64,000 nt of DNA, from contig JBBQDY010000001.1 in NCBI GenBank assembly GCA_038320155.1, positions 20 to 64,019 of the forward strand, given 5' to 3'. Below, piece by piece: positions 37,701 through 47,303 of the stretch; position 1 is the first letter of the stretch, and every line of letters starts with the position of its first letter. The stretch is from Cytophagales bacterium (GTDB lineage: Bacteria; Bacteroidota; Bacteroidia; Cytophagales; Cyclobacteriaceae). Made by a program: the position numbers and the translations under genes. The notes below the pieces were generated by a model. That model saw nothing but the letters and a program-made list of their open reading frames with translations, ran no database searches and was not told the DNA's origin.

Positions 37701-38396
37701 TCAAATATCTAAAAATCTAAGCAGGTTGCCGATTCGGTCCTCTTCACCGCTGACCTCAGCCTCTTCTTGGTATTGATCCAAAACTTTATAGCCAAACCGC
37801 TCTAAAGTTGCTTTAATGTATCTTAATTCTGGCTTGTTAATTTTTAAAGTCACTTTGATTTTTGACTGATCCAGTGGATCAGTTGAGATAAATGAACTGA
37901 GGATTTTAGTGTTCTCGCTTTCGATTATTCTCGAGATTTCAGCCAGACTGTATTCATTCATATTCATAGACAGAATCAATACGCTCCCTTGCGACTGGAT
38001 AGAGAGACTATCTGCAAAAGCTGAAATGGAATCTTCAACTGTCACTACGCCTATGTAGTTTGATTTTCGATCCAAGACTGCTACTACATTAGAATGATGC
38101 TCTGAGCTTACTCGTAGGATCTCGTAGATGTGTTGATCTGCAAAAACCCAACAGGCAGCTTTTTCAAGAACCAAATCCGAGATTGGTTTATCGAGGGTAT
38201 TCAGATCAAAAATCAAATCACCATTTACCAATCCCATAAATTTGCCAGAATCCACTACGGGGAGCACATTTGTTCGAATACCCTCCATCCAAGAAAGCGC
38301 CTTCCCAGTTTTATCACTGAGTTTCAATGGAGGAATAAGGTTATTAATGAATTCGTAGGCCTGCATAGTAAGAAAGATAGGGAATGATTTTAACAT
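37701..38396 (-). CDS. CBS domain pair protein
   Basis: 231 aa. Tandem CBS-like segments (VLPVVDSGKFMGLV and VVAVLDRKSNYIGVV). An alternative ATG at 38366 (MQAYEFINN) is possible. Confidence 0.75.
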   Translation of the reverse strand: MLKSFPIFLTMQAYEFINNLIPPLKLSDKTGKALSWMEGIRTNVLPVVDSGKFMGLVNGDLIFDLNTLDKPISDLVLEKAACWVFADQHIYEILRVSSEHHSNVVAVLDRKSNYIGVVTVEDSISAFADSLSIQSQGSVLILSMNMNEYSLAEISRIIESENTKILSSFISTDPLDQSKIKVTLKINKPELRYIKATLERFGYKVLDQYQEEAEVSGEEDRIGNLLRFLDI

Positions 38397-38450
38397 TCAA
38401 AACGGGCAAATTCCAGATCTTGTTCGTTTGGGATTGATTCAATGACGGAC

Positions 38451-39650
38451 CTAGATCCAGATCTGATTATAAACAATCCCAAGAATAATGCCACCGGCGA
38501 TGATTGCAGGAGAAGAAATCTTAGTGAATTGCAGGAGCATGTAGGTCCCTAATATGAAAAAGATATTGATCCCATTAGCCTCCAAGGGCTCAAAAAGTAA
38601 GTAAGCAGCAGAGATCAGCATCCCACAAGAGACTGCATTTATTCCTTCCAATGCCGCTCTGACAGGACGATATTTTTTTAATTGGTCCCAAAAGCGAATG
38701 ACAAAAAATATTAGAAATATTCCGGGGAGAAAAATGCCTGCAGCAGCGATAAATCCTCCCACAAAAAAACCTGCCATGCCATACTCACGCATGGACAAGG
38801 CACCCACAAATGATGAAATTGAAAACGTCGGTCCTGGGATACCCTGTGAAATAGCATAGCCAGTCAAGAATTCCTCAGAGCTCAAAAAATGTTTGAAATC
38901 GACAAACTCTGCGTAGAGGTAGGGTACCAATACTTGACCTCCGCCAAAGATCAAGCTTCCGTTTCGATAGAAATTTTCAAATAGAATAATTGACTGGGAC
39001 TTGGTAATTGCCCCAAGGATCGCAGCAAGAGCTAATGTTCCAGCCCATAGGTAAAAGTTTGCCCATTGAATATTGAGAGGAGCATCTTTTTCGAGTTTCG
39101 GCTGCTTTTTGTATTTGATCGAAGTGCTCAATCCTCCGCCTAGCAAAAGCAAAGGGAAAATATAAGGTGAGCTATAAAAGAATGAAATGAAAGTAGAGAT
39201 AAGCACCAAAACCATTGCCTCAGTGGTTTGGATCATTTTTCCAATCGTCTTTTGCGCTGCAAAAATGATAAACCCGATGGCCATGGGCTGTATGAATCGA
39301 GCGAAATTCAATGCCCCGGGGGTATTTTCCTGTAAAAAAATAATAAGGATTGCTGCCAAAATCATGATTAGCGTAGCAGGTAAAATCCAAACTATCAGTG
39401 CCAGGTAGGCTAGATTGGGACCTCCTACCCGATAACCAATGGCAGAAATCAATTGAGTAGAGGAGGGGCCTGGAAGCATATTGCAAAGTGCATTCAACTC
39501 CCAAAGCTCCTCCTCAGAAACATAAGCTCGCAACTTAACCATTCGCTCCAAAAGCATCGCTAGAAAAGCTTGAGGACCTCCAAATGCAGTCAAGGAAAGT
39601 GTCAATGTATCCTTCAGAAAAAGATAATACCGCACTTTAGTGACTGACAT
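38451..39650 (-). CDS. chrA: Chromate ion transporter (ChrA/CHR family)
   Basis: 399 aa with duplicated CHR halves. FGGPQA and PGP motifs. Confidence 0.85.
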   Translation of the reverse strand: MSVTKVRYYLFLKDTLTLSLTAFGGPQAFLAMLLERMVKLRAYVSEEELWELNALCNMLPGPSSTQLISAIGYRVGGPNLAYLALIVWILPATLIMILAAILIIFLQENTPGALNFARFIQPMAIGFIIFAAQKTIGKMIQTTEAMVLVLISTFISFFYSSPYIFPLLLLGGGLSTSIKYKKQPKLEKDAPLNIQWANFYLWAGTLALAAILGAITKSQSIILFENFYRNGSLIFGGGQVLVPYLYAEFVDFKHFLSSEEFLTGYAISQGIPGPTFSISSFVGALSMREYGMAGFFVGGFIAAAGIFLPGIFLIFFVIRFWDQLKKYRPVRAALEGINAVSCGMLISAAYLLFEPLEANGINIFFILGTYMLLQFTKISSPAIIAGGIILGIVYNQIWI

Positions 39651-39653
39651 GGC

Positions 39654-40631
39654 TTACTTTTTTAAACCAAGTTCACGAAGACGCTCGTCCAAAAATTCTC
39701 CTGCGGTGATATCCTGAAACTTTTTTGGGGATTCACTGGATACGCAGCTTTCTAAGCAAGTCAGATCCATTTCGGATCGTGGATGCATGAAAAAAGGGAT
39801 AGAATACCTACTGGAATTCATTTTTTCTCTTGGAGGATTGACGACCCGATGAATCGTTGATTTTAATTTTTTGTTAGTCAAACGCTCCAGCATATCGCCT
39901 ACATTGACGACCAACTGATCAGGTAAGGCAGTAATTGGGATCCATTTCCCATCCTTACGAAGTACCTGAAGCCCGTCAGCACTGGCACCCATAAGAAGGG
40001 TGATCAGGTTGATGTCTCCATGCTCCGCTGCTCTTACTGCATCTGCAGGAACCTCATCAGGGTTTTCGATTGGGAAATAATGGATCTGTCTCAAAATAGA
40101 ATTTCCATGTGCTACTTTATCCTCAAAATAATTTTCTTCCAAATCCAAGGAAAGGGCAATGGCTCTCAGCATGGCCTTGCCGGCATTTTCCAATGTTCGA
40201 TAGGCTTCATTGGCATCATGTTGAAATTCCGGAAGCTCCTCTGGCCATACATTTTCGGGATATTCCGCTTTGATGGGATCGGTGTCAGGAATAGTCGCCA
40301 GCTCTTGACCCACATGATAAAACTCTTTCAAATCTCCGGTATTGCGACCTTTGGCGTGCTCTTTACCTTTGCCGGTATAGCCGCGTTGAAATCCGATCTC
40401 CGGTTTTTCGTATCGGGATTTTACCTCATCCGGTAGTGCAAAAAATTCCTTAATTGAACCGTATAATCTGCCTTGGAGGTCTTGAGAAAGGCCATGATTT
40501 TTGATCGCGACAAACCCAATGTTTTGATATGCTTCTGCCAACTTGTTGACAAAAGCTTTCTTTTGGGATTCTGAACCACTCGTAAAATCTGCTAAATCTA
40601 AACTCGGAATTTCATCAAATAAGATATCCAT
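39654..40631 (-). CDS. 2-oxoglutarate/Fe(II)-dependent oxygenase (isopenicillin N synthase family)
   Basis: 325 aa. HxD...H facial triad (AEHGDINLITLL ... STIHRVVNP). Confidence 0.8.
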   Translation of the reverse strand: MDILFDEIPSLDLADFTSGSESQKKAFVNKLAEAYQNIGFVAIKNHGLSQDLQGRLYGSIKEFFALPDEVKSRYEKPEIGFQRGYTGKGKEHAKGRNTGDLKEFYHVGQELATIPDTDPIKAEYPENVWPEELPEFQHDANEAYRTLENAGKAMLRAIALSLDLEENYFEDKVAHGNSILRQIHYFPIENPDEVPADAVRAAEHGDINLITLLMGASADGLQVLRKDGKWIPITALPDQLVVNVGDMLERLTNKKLKSTIHRVVNPPREKMNSSRYSIPFFMHPRSEMDLTCLESCVSSESPKKFQDITAGEFLDERLRELGLKK

Positions 40632-40705
40632 GTGGGTTGTTTTTAGAATTGGAAACTCAAATTTATCCTTAAATTAAATATCTTTAGTCTCAATTAAGTT
40701 TTACT

Positions 40706-41473
40706 ATGAAGAAAATACTCCTTTTGACTTTGCTAGCAACCATTTTTTGTTCTTGTGCGAATCAAAAAGAGAAAATTAATGAAGAAGTAGTGGAAGGGTC
40801 GCTAAATTCTGCCGGGACGAATGAAAATCTTCCGAAGGTTAGTTTTTTTCAATATGCGGATTCATCTGCTTTTCCTGATGCGATCTTAGAATTGTATACA
40901 CCGCTTGGCAATCAGGTCTTCAAACCGGGTAAAGTCCCTTTCGAGTTCAATATCAAAAATTATCCTTTTGAGTTATCGGGCAACCAAGAATTTAAACTGT
41001 TTAACATCCTAAATGGTGGCGATCCAGTTGGATTTTATTCTCCTATTTTCCAGCGCGATTTGGCACAAGGAAGCTATCGAGTGGTTGCTTATTTAGTAGA
41101 CAACGATGGTCTTGCATTGAAGAATTTTGGAAATTATGTGGATCGTGATTTTCAAGTAGGAGATTCCAGGCCTTTTCCATATTCAGCAGAACCCTATTTA
41201 GCACTTAATTTTCCAAGATCAAATCAGGTGTATGAAACAGGAGCTGAGGTCATTCTTGATTTTTTGGTGATTGGTGGAGATATGGAGCTTGACGGACTTA
41301 AGGTTTTAATCGAAGTCAATGAATTCACCTACAGCACGAGTAAAATGACTCCGGTAAGACTCGCAAATCTTCCCGCAGGAGTCTACAACGTCAAAGTGAA
41401 ATTGACTCGAGTAGATGGGAAGGAGCTCGAAGGGCCCTTTTCTAACGTGAGTAAGACCATCATTGTCCGATAA
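40706..41473 (+). CDS. Hypothetical lipoprotein with two beta-sandwich-like repeats
   Basis: 255 aa. Lipobox LLATIFCSC. No motif recognised. Confidence 0.55.
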   Translation: MKKILLLTLLATIFCSCANQKEKINEEVVEGSLNSAGTNENLPKVSFFQYADSSAFPDAILELYTPLGNQVFKPGKVPFEFNIKNYPFELSGNQEFKLFNILNGGDPVGFYSPIFQRDLAQGSYRVVAYLVDNDGLALKNFGNYVDRDFQVGDSRPFPYSAEPYLALNFPRSNQVYETGAEVILDFLVIGGDMELDGLKVLIEVNEFTYSTSKMTPVRLANLPAGVYNVKVKLTRVDGKELEGPFSNVSKTIIVR

Positions 41474-41511
41474 CATGCTTATCTTCGGGCTTTCATTCTT
41501 TAGCTCAACTC

Positions 41512-42783
41512 ATGCTATTAGTTAATCACATTAAAGAAAATTTTGCCGAATTCTTATCGGGGTTACAAAAGAGAAACTTTCCAGATGCGGAGTCTATCTT
41601 AAATCAGGCAATTTCCCTAGACGATTTTCGGAAATCCACCCAATCTCAACGGGATCAAATCCAAGCTGAATCCAACACCATTTCTAAGCAAATCGGTTTC
41701 TTGATGAAAGAAGGCCGTGCTGATGAGGCAGTGAAGATTCGGGAAAAAACAGCTGAACTTAAGATTCAGATCAAAGATTTGGAAGACCAAAATACAAAAG
41801 CTGAAGCGGAGCTCTTAAAGCTTTTATATACCATCCCTAACGTTCCTCATGGCAGTGTTCCTGCGGGAAGATCTGCGGAGGATAACGAAATAGTTCTGGA
41901 AAATGGTCAGATACCCACACTCTTTGAGGGTAAGCTGCCACATTGGGAACTGATCAAAAAGTACGACATCATTGACTTTGATCTAGGAGTTAAGATTACC
42001 GGGGCGGGATTTCCAGTCTATAAAGGAAAGGGTGCTAGACTTCAGCGAGCACTGATTAATTTTTTCCTTGACGAAGCATTGGCAGCAGGATATGTAGAAA
42101 TACAGCCACCGATTTTGGTCAATGAAGAGTCCGGATACGGCACAGGCCAACTCCCAGATAAGGAAGGTCAAATGTATTTTGCGACTGCTGACAACCTTTA
42201 CTTGATCCCTACTGGAGAAGTTCCTATCACCAATATCTATCGGGACGTGATCCTTTCTGAATCAGATCTGCCGATTAAAAATGTAGGATACACACCGTGC
42301 TTCAGAAGAGAAGCAGGCAGCTGGGGAGCACACGTTCGCGGACTGAACCGTTTGCATCAATTCGATAAAGTTGAGATTGTTCAAATCACACATCCATCGG
42401 ATTCCTATCAGACTTTGGAGTCCATGAGCCTGTATGTTCAAGGGCTTTTACAAAAGTTGGAACTTCCGTATCGCGTACTGAGGCTCTGTGGAGGAGATAT
42501 GGGCTTTACTTCAGCATTGACTTATGATATGGAAGTCTATTCAGCCGCACAAGAGCGTTGGCTGGAGGTAAGTTCGGTTTCCAATTTTGAAACCTACCAA
42601 TCCAATCGCTTGAAGCTTAGATTTAAAAGCGAGGATAAAAAAACGCAATTGGCACATTCTCTAAATGGAAGTGCTTTGGCTTTGCCACGAATCGTAGCCT
42701 CGATCTTGGAAAATAACCAAACTGAAGACGGAATCTTGATGCCAAAGGTATTGCATCGCTATTTAGGATTTGAGAAAATATAA
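41512..42783 (+). CDS. serS: Serine--tRNA ligase
   Basis: 423 aa. N-terminal coiled coil and class II motifs (FRREAGS, GSALALPR). Confidence 0.97.
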   Translation: MLLVNHIKENFAEFLSGLQKRNFPDAESILNQAISLDDFRKSTQSQRDQIQAESNTISKQIGFLMKEGRADEAVKIREKTAELKIQIKDLEDQNTKAEAELLKLLYTIPNVPHGSVPAGRSAEDNEIVLENGQIPTLFEGKLPHWELIKKYDIIDFDLGVKITGAGFPVYKGKGARLQRALINFFLDEALAAGYVEIQPPILVNEESGYGTGQLPDKEGQMYFATADNLYLIPTGEVPITNIYRDVILSESDLPIKNVGYTPCFRREAGSWGAHVRGLNRLHQFDKVEIVQITHPSDSYQTLESMSLYVQGLLQKLELPYRVLRLCGGDMGFTSALTYDMEVYSAAQERWLEVSSVSNFETYQSNRLKLRFKSEDKKTQLAHSLNGSALALPRIVASILENNQTEDGILMPKVLHRYLGFEKI

Positions 42784-42791
42784 ACTTGACT

Positions 42792-42821
42792 AGCCGTTTG
42801 ATTTGATCAAACGGCTTTTTT
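42792..42821 (+). terminator. Intrinsic terminator after serS
   Basis: agccgtttgat pairs with atcaaacggct (11 bp), followed by T6. Confidence 0.85.
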
Positions 42822-42835
42822 GATCTTAGCTAATT

Positions 42836-43261
42836 ATGAAAAAACTGTTGATTTGCTCGATTTTGCTCGTCATTTCCGGATTAGAACTTTATGCACAGGA
42901 CAGTTCAGATCGAGAGGCTATCGCTGCTACGGTACAGCTTTATTTTGACGGAATGATGGAGCGAAATCGTGAAAAGCTTGATCTGGCATTTATACCTGAA
43001 GCAAGATTGATCGGCTACCGAGGAGAGGACCTTACGATTACCTCCTATGAAACTTGGGCTACGGCTACTTCAAAAGGGGAACCCCGAAACCCTAATCTGC
43101 ACAAAAATGAATTGGTCAGTATCCGTGTGCAGGGAAACACGGCTATTGCTGAAACCGAATTGTACTGGCCTGGGATTTACTACTATGATTTTTTGACTTT
43201 GGTAAAGATCGGGGACGCTTGGAAGATTGTGAATAAAAGTTGGTCAGAAAAAAAGCTTTAA
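42836..43261 (+). CDS. Secreted NTF2-fold (SnoaL/lumazine-binding-like) protein
   Basis: 141 aa. Signal peptide, and size and pattern typical of NTF2-like proteins (VQLYFDGM..., WKIVNKSW). Tentative. Confidence 0.5.
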   Translation: MKKLLICSILLVISGLELYAQDSSDREAIAATVQLYFDGMMERNREKLDLAFIPEARLIGYRGEDLTITSYETWATATSKGEPRNPNLHKNELVSIRVQGNTAIAETELYWPGIYYYDFLTLVKIGDAWKIVNKSWSEKKL

Positions 43262-43863
43262 CCAGCTAATCCAACAAGTTTCTCATGAATCTTTAATACT
43301 TGAGGAATCAAAAGCTTATTATCCACATTTTTGATCACAAAATCTGACCTCTCATTCTTTTCTTCGTCGGGAAGCTGTTGATCAATGATTTGATTGATTT
43401 GAGCCTCACTTCGATGCGGATCCCGCATCAACACTCTGCTTATTCTTATTCTGAGCGGAGCACTGACGTTGATTACATATTCCAAAAGATTTTGCCCTTC
43501 AGTTTCAAAAATCAAAGCAGCTTCTTTCAGGACATAAGGACTTGATTGAGCTTTTACCCAAAAGTTAAAATCTTCTCCTACTGTAGGATGAACCAATCCA
43601 TTGATCTGTTCGACTTTATTGGGATTTGAAAAAACTGTTTCAGCTAAAAATGTACGATTAAGTTGACCTGCATCCGAATAGCTTGCTTTACCGAAAGCAG
43701 CGATGATTTTTTCTTTCAAAATAGGGTCTTCATTCATGAGCCATTTAGCTCGATCATCCGCAGAATAAATAGGAATGCCCAGAATGGAAAAAATTTTAGT
43801 CACCGTGGATTTTCCAGAACCTATTCCCCCTGTAATTCCAACTTTAATTGGCTGAATTCTCAT
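43258..43863 (-). CDS. coaE: Dephospho-CoA kinase
   Basis: 201 aa. P-loop GITGGIGSGKST. Confidence 0.92.
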   Translation of the reverse strand: MRIQPIKVGITGGIGSGKSTVTKIFSILGIPIYSADDRAKWLMNEDPILKEKIIAAFGKASYSDAGQLNRTFLAETVFSNPNKVEQINGLVHPTVGEDFNFWVKAQSSPYVLKEAALIFETEGQNLLEYVINVSAPLRIRISRVLMRDPHRSEAQINQIIDQQLPDEEKNERSDFVIKNVDNKLLIPQVLKIHEKLVGLAG

Positions 43864-44821
43864 AGCGAAGCTTTACTATTGATGGGGAAATGCGAATTTG
43901 GTCTAGAAATTTTGGCAACGGACGTACCACGACTGTAATTGTACTATCCGCTTTATTTCGTTTGGAATAATTCAGAATTGCTTCAAATTCCATTTCTTTC
44001 AGATCCTCAACATTTCGCTCATCAATCAAGTAATCCATTACAAAAGATGCTTCTTCGTTCACTAGTGAGACTGATTTTGGGAAGTTTAGCTTGTTTATTT
44101 TTAAGCGCTTATTTCCTTCTAAAAAAGCAACCACATCAACGGTAACGGTTACCATTTCTTCTTTGCTAGAAACCAAAGCTCCGAATTCTTCAGGAAGCTG
44201 TACTGCAACTTCTTTGGAAAGATCTGAGTTGATTTTTTGTTCTTTAATTGCAATATGGATTCCTCCTTTCAATTGATCCAAAAGGGAGCTCGGGCCTGTT
44301 ATAGAAATCTCAGCCGGGTTGAATTGAGGAGGGGAGAGCAATCGGTAATTTTTAGCAAGAGTGTAGCTGGAGCTGTCAGCTATGGCAGGGATTTTCAGGG
44401 TTTGAATACGATCTATTTTGAATTTCAATGAATCGTCCAGAATAGAGATGATTGAAGAAGGACTTACATATTCCCCAAGATCTCTTCTCAAATCAGTCGT
44501 TCGAATAAAATCTTTAGCGGCTGGATTTTCTAGTGTGATGGGAAAAGGCAGTGTGTTGAGCTTAAAATATTTCCTAAGCAAATCCCAACCGTTTCCACTG
44601 ATTTCAATCTGGATTTGATCTGGTTCTTTTTCAATAGCCATGTACTTCTCCTTATCGTAGCTTAGCTCGATGGGATAATCTACCACAGTGGTATAATCGT
44701 CCTTATTCAGGGCGTTTAAAATCCAAAAAGTGGTAGCCGCTGCAATGCAAAGGACTACCACTTTAAGATTGGAGAGTTTTTGAGGAGAAATCCGTTTGGA
44801 GGATTTATTGCTATCCGGCAA
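43844..44821 (-). CDS. YbbR-like domain protein
   Basis: 325 aa. N-terminal TM followed by repeated beta domains. Occupies the conserved Bacteroidota position between yajC and coaE. The family call is tentative. Confidence 0.5.
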   Translation of the reverse strand: MPDSNKSSKRISPQKLSNLKVVVLCIAAATTFWILNALNKDDYTTVVDYPIELSYDKEKYMAIEKEPDQIQIEISGNGWDLLRKYFKLNTLPFPITLENPAAKDFIRTTDLRRDLGEYVSPSSIISILDDSLKFKIDRIQTLKIPAIADSSSYTLAKNYRLLSPPQFNPAEISITGPSSLLDQLKGGIHIAIKEQKINSDLSKEVAVQLPEEFGALVSSKEEMVTVTVDVVAFLEGNKRLKINKLNFPKSVSLVNEEASFVMDYLIDERNVEDLKEMEFEAILNYSKRNKADSTITVVVRPLPKFLDQIRISPSIVKLRYENSAN

Positions 44822-44829
44822 AATTCAAT

Positions 44830-45147
44830 TTATTTCGTTTGGGTTGGCTTCTTCGAGAAGTCAAGAGAGATCGCTGATTTTTCAACCTTTACTTTTAATC
44901 CGCGATCCAATTCAAGGAGCACTGTATCGGACTCTACCTGAAAGACCTTGCCATGCATGCCTCCGATCGTCACTACATCATCTCCTTTTTTTATTTCCTC
45001 GATGAATTTTTTGGAATCTTTTTGTTTTTTCTGCTGTGGTCTGATCATGAAGAAATACATGATCAAAATAATTGAGCCAAATAAGAAAACTTGACCTAAA
45101 ATACCACTGCCACCTACTGCAGCTTGGGCTAATACAATTGAATTCAT
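44830..45147 (-). CDS. yajC: Preprotein translocase subunit YajC
   Basis: 105 aa. TM followed by MIRPQQKKQK and GDDVVTIGGMHGKV. Confidence 0.88.
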   Translation of the reverse strand: MNSIVLAQAAVGGSGILGQVFLFGSIILIMYFFMIRPQQKKQKDSKKFIEEIKKGDDVVTIGGMHGKVFQVESDTVLLELDRGLKVKVEKSAISLDFSKKPTQTK

Positions 45148-45149
45148 AC

Positions 45150-45689
45150 TTATTTTTTAACAGGTCCAACTGAAGCGGGGCCTGAATTTTTAGGATTCAC
45201 TGTACCTTTTAGACTAAGTCTAGTAACAGTTGGATTTGTATTGGCTTGAATTGTCACGGTAGGTGCTTGAGCTCCAGATTTTGCAGAGGAATTAAAGACT
45301 ACTTTAACAAAACCCGTCTCACCTGGTTTTACAGGAGTCTTAGTCCAATCAGGGCTAGTACATCCGCAAGAAGCAGTAATATTAGAAATTACCAAAGGCG
45401 CCTGGCCATTGTTTGTGAAGTTGAATAAGTGCTCTACTACTTCTCCTTCAGCGATGGTTCCAAAGTTGTGCTCCATCTGTGGAAACTCGAATTGACCAAG
45501 TGTAGATGGATCCGCTACCTGAGTAGCTTGTGCATTTACAGGAGTCACTGCTGTATTAGATGTTTCTAAAGCAGCGATCTTATCTTCGAGTGATTTTATT
45601 TTCGCATCAGCGCTATCATTTTGATTGCATGATACTCCTAGGGCCATGATTAAAGCAAAGGCGCCTGTTTTTAAGAAATTGATTTTCAT
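45150..45689 (-). CDS. DUF1573 domain lipoprotein
   Basis: 179 aa. Lipobox GVSC and the signature NTG..PL.I....SCGCT (ITASCGCTSPDW). Confidence 0.8.
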   Translation of the reverse strand: MKINFLKTGAFALIMALGVSCNQNDSADAKIKSLEDKIAALETSNTAVTPVNAQATQVADPSTLGQFEFPQMEHNFGTIAEGEVVEHLFNFTNNGQAPLVISNITASCGCTSPDWTKTPVKPGETGFVKVVFNSSAKSGAQAPTVTIQANTNPTVTRLSLKGTVNPKNSGPASVGPVKK

Positions 45690-45694
45690 AACGA

Positions 45695-45997
45695 TTAATT
45701 GTTGCCTTGATTTATTTGGTCGATTAATTTATTTACATCTGAAAGCAGGTTCTCTGCTTTATTTTTCGCTTCGGATATTACTCTTTTTCCCTCAGTTTTA
45801 GCTTCGTTGAGATGAGTTTCTTTTCCTTCTACTAGATCTTCTATTAAGCCTTCAAGCTCTTTTTTATATTTAGATAATCTAAAAGATAATTTGTCTCGTG
45901 TATTATTGCCTGCATCAGGAGCGAAAAGAATTCCCAATGCTGCCCCTACTCCGGCTCCGATTACGAAAGCGAAGAGTGAATTGCTGTTTTTGCTCAT
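45695..45997 (-). CDS. YtxH domain protein
   Basis: ATG at 45997 (MSKNSNSLFAFVIGAGVGAALGILFAPDAG). The longer ORF running to 46051 would overlap nusB. Confidence 0.7.
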   Translation of the reverse strand: MSKNSNSLFAFVIGAGVGAALGILFAPDAGNNTRDKLSFRLSKYKKELEGLIEDLVEGKETHLNEAKTEGKRVISEAKNKAENLLSDVNKLIDQINQGNN

Positions 45998-46004
45998 AGT
46001 TTTA

Positions 46005-47189
46005 TTATTTATTGTCCAAAAGTCCTCTGCCACTCTTACGGATCTCACCACTTTCGGTTAGTTCCTTGGCCATTACATCCAATAATCCATTGACGAATTG
46101 CTTACTTTTTGGAGTGCTATAGGTTTTAGAGATGTCTATATATTCATTTATACTCACTTTGACTGGAATACTTGGAAAGTTTCTCATTTCTGCCAAAGCC
46201 ATCGAGATGATGATTTTGTCTGTGTATGCCAGTCGATCAATGTCCCAATTTTTAGTCCGTTGAGAGATTAACGCCTTACTTTCAGCGCCATTCTGGATGG
46301 TGAAGTTAAATATATTTTCAAAAAACTCCTTATCCTCATCCCAGTTGATTGCGATTTCTGGCATTTGCCCATCGCTTTCCTGATCCAAATTTGCGGCATT
46401 TTTCAATACTTTGGCTGCTAGACTTCTAACAACTGATTTGTTTTCAGTCCAGTTCAAATCTTTTTCAGTAAAGTAATTCAGGATTACTTCATTTTTAAAG
46501 ATGATTTTCTTAAGGATGCTATCGGCTACTTCTAAGTCCTCTTCTATGGTTGGATTCTCTATTCCGAGGTAGGTTTGGTATACTTCTGATGTTTTTATGT
46601 AGTCTCTGAACCATTCCTTAATCTCAAGTTCAAGATCATCTAAGTTCACATGATTTCTTGCCAAAGCGGCCTGATAAGACACCGACTCACCCAATGAGTT
46701 GAGGACTTGGTTGGACGCCAGATTTAGCTCATTGCCAAAACCAATCGGATTATTTCCCGCCAATCGCTTTTTCTTTTCCACTTCTTTTCTGACGTGGTTT
46801 CCAAAAGCCCTCAGCAATTCAACTGCAGATAAATACAACTGTGGAATTCGCTCAGCAGAGATTACCATGTTCTTCAAGAGGAATTGGTGATCTTTTTCAT
46901 TGGCTTGGTGAAATTGCTTCAAGGACGCCAATACCACTTGCTTCACCTTTGGGCCAGCATCGCTTGATTTCAGGATAGAAGTACCATTGAGATTTTCTTC
47001 AAATAATTTTAAAGCTTCTTCAGCGGATTTATTCAATGCCTCTTTATCCTGGACTTCCATACTGTTTAAGTCAGGTAAAAAAGACTCCTTGATAAAATCT
47101 TTCGCAAGTGCCTTGTTCGAACCCTTGCATTGCTCATAGGCATAAAGGTTTTGGAAAGCCTTGACCCTAAGAATTCTTCGATTTAGCAT
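46005..47189 (-). CDS. nusB: Transcription antitermination factor NusB with a large extension N-terminal to the core domain
   Basis: ATG at 47189 (MLNRRILRVKAFQNLYAYEQ); the ORF track opens at TTG 47210. The C-terminal ~135 aa are the NusB core (LAEMRNFPSIPVKVSINEYIDISK...FVNGLLD). Confidence 0.85.
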   Translation of the reverse strand: MLNRRILRVKAFQNLYAYEQCKGSNKALAKDFIKESFLPDLNSMEVQDKEALNKSAEEALKLFEENLNGTSILKSSDAGPKVKQVVLASLKQFHQANEKDHQFLLKNMVISAERIPQLYLSAVELLRAFGNHVRKEVEKKKRLAGNNPIGFGNELNLASNQVLNSLGESVSYQAALARNHVNLDDLELEIKEWFRDYIKTSEVYQTYLGIENPTIEEDLEVADSILKKIIFKNEVILNYFTEKDLNWTENKSVVRSLAAKVLKNAANLDQESDGQMPEIAINWDEDKEFFENIFNFTIQNGAESKALISQRTKNWDIDRLAYTDKIIISMALAEMRNFPSIPVKVSINEYIDISKTYSTPKSKQFVNGLLDVMAKELTESGEIRKSGRGLLDNK

Positions 47190-47252
47190 AGTGTTGTTTA
47201 GGAGCTCCAAATATAGGCAATTTGCCTTGGCTATTCTCTAGATAGCAGGCAC

Positions 47253-47288
47253 AAAAAAACCACCTGAAATAGATTCCCGGTGGTTTTG
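47253..47288 (-). terminator. Intrinsic terminator after the Leu dehydrogenase gene
   Basis: Minus-strand RNA reads AAAACCACC-loop-GGUGGUUUU, followed by additional U residues (the A7 run at 47253-59 on plus). Confidence 0.65.
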
Positions 47289-47303
47289 ATTTTGATTTTT
47301 TGA

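Noticed and set aside
40020-40436. 138-aa plus-strand ORF
   Set aside because: It lies entirely antisense within the well-supported 2OG-Fe(II) oxygenase gene, and I recognised no motif.
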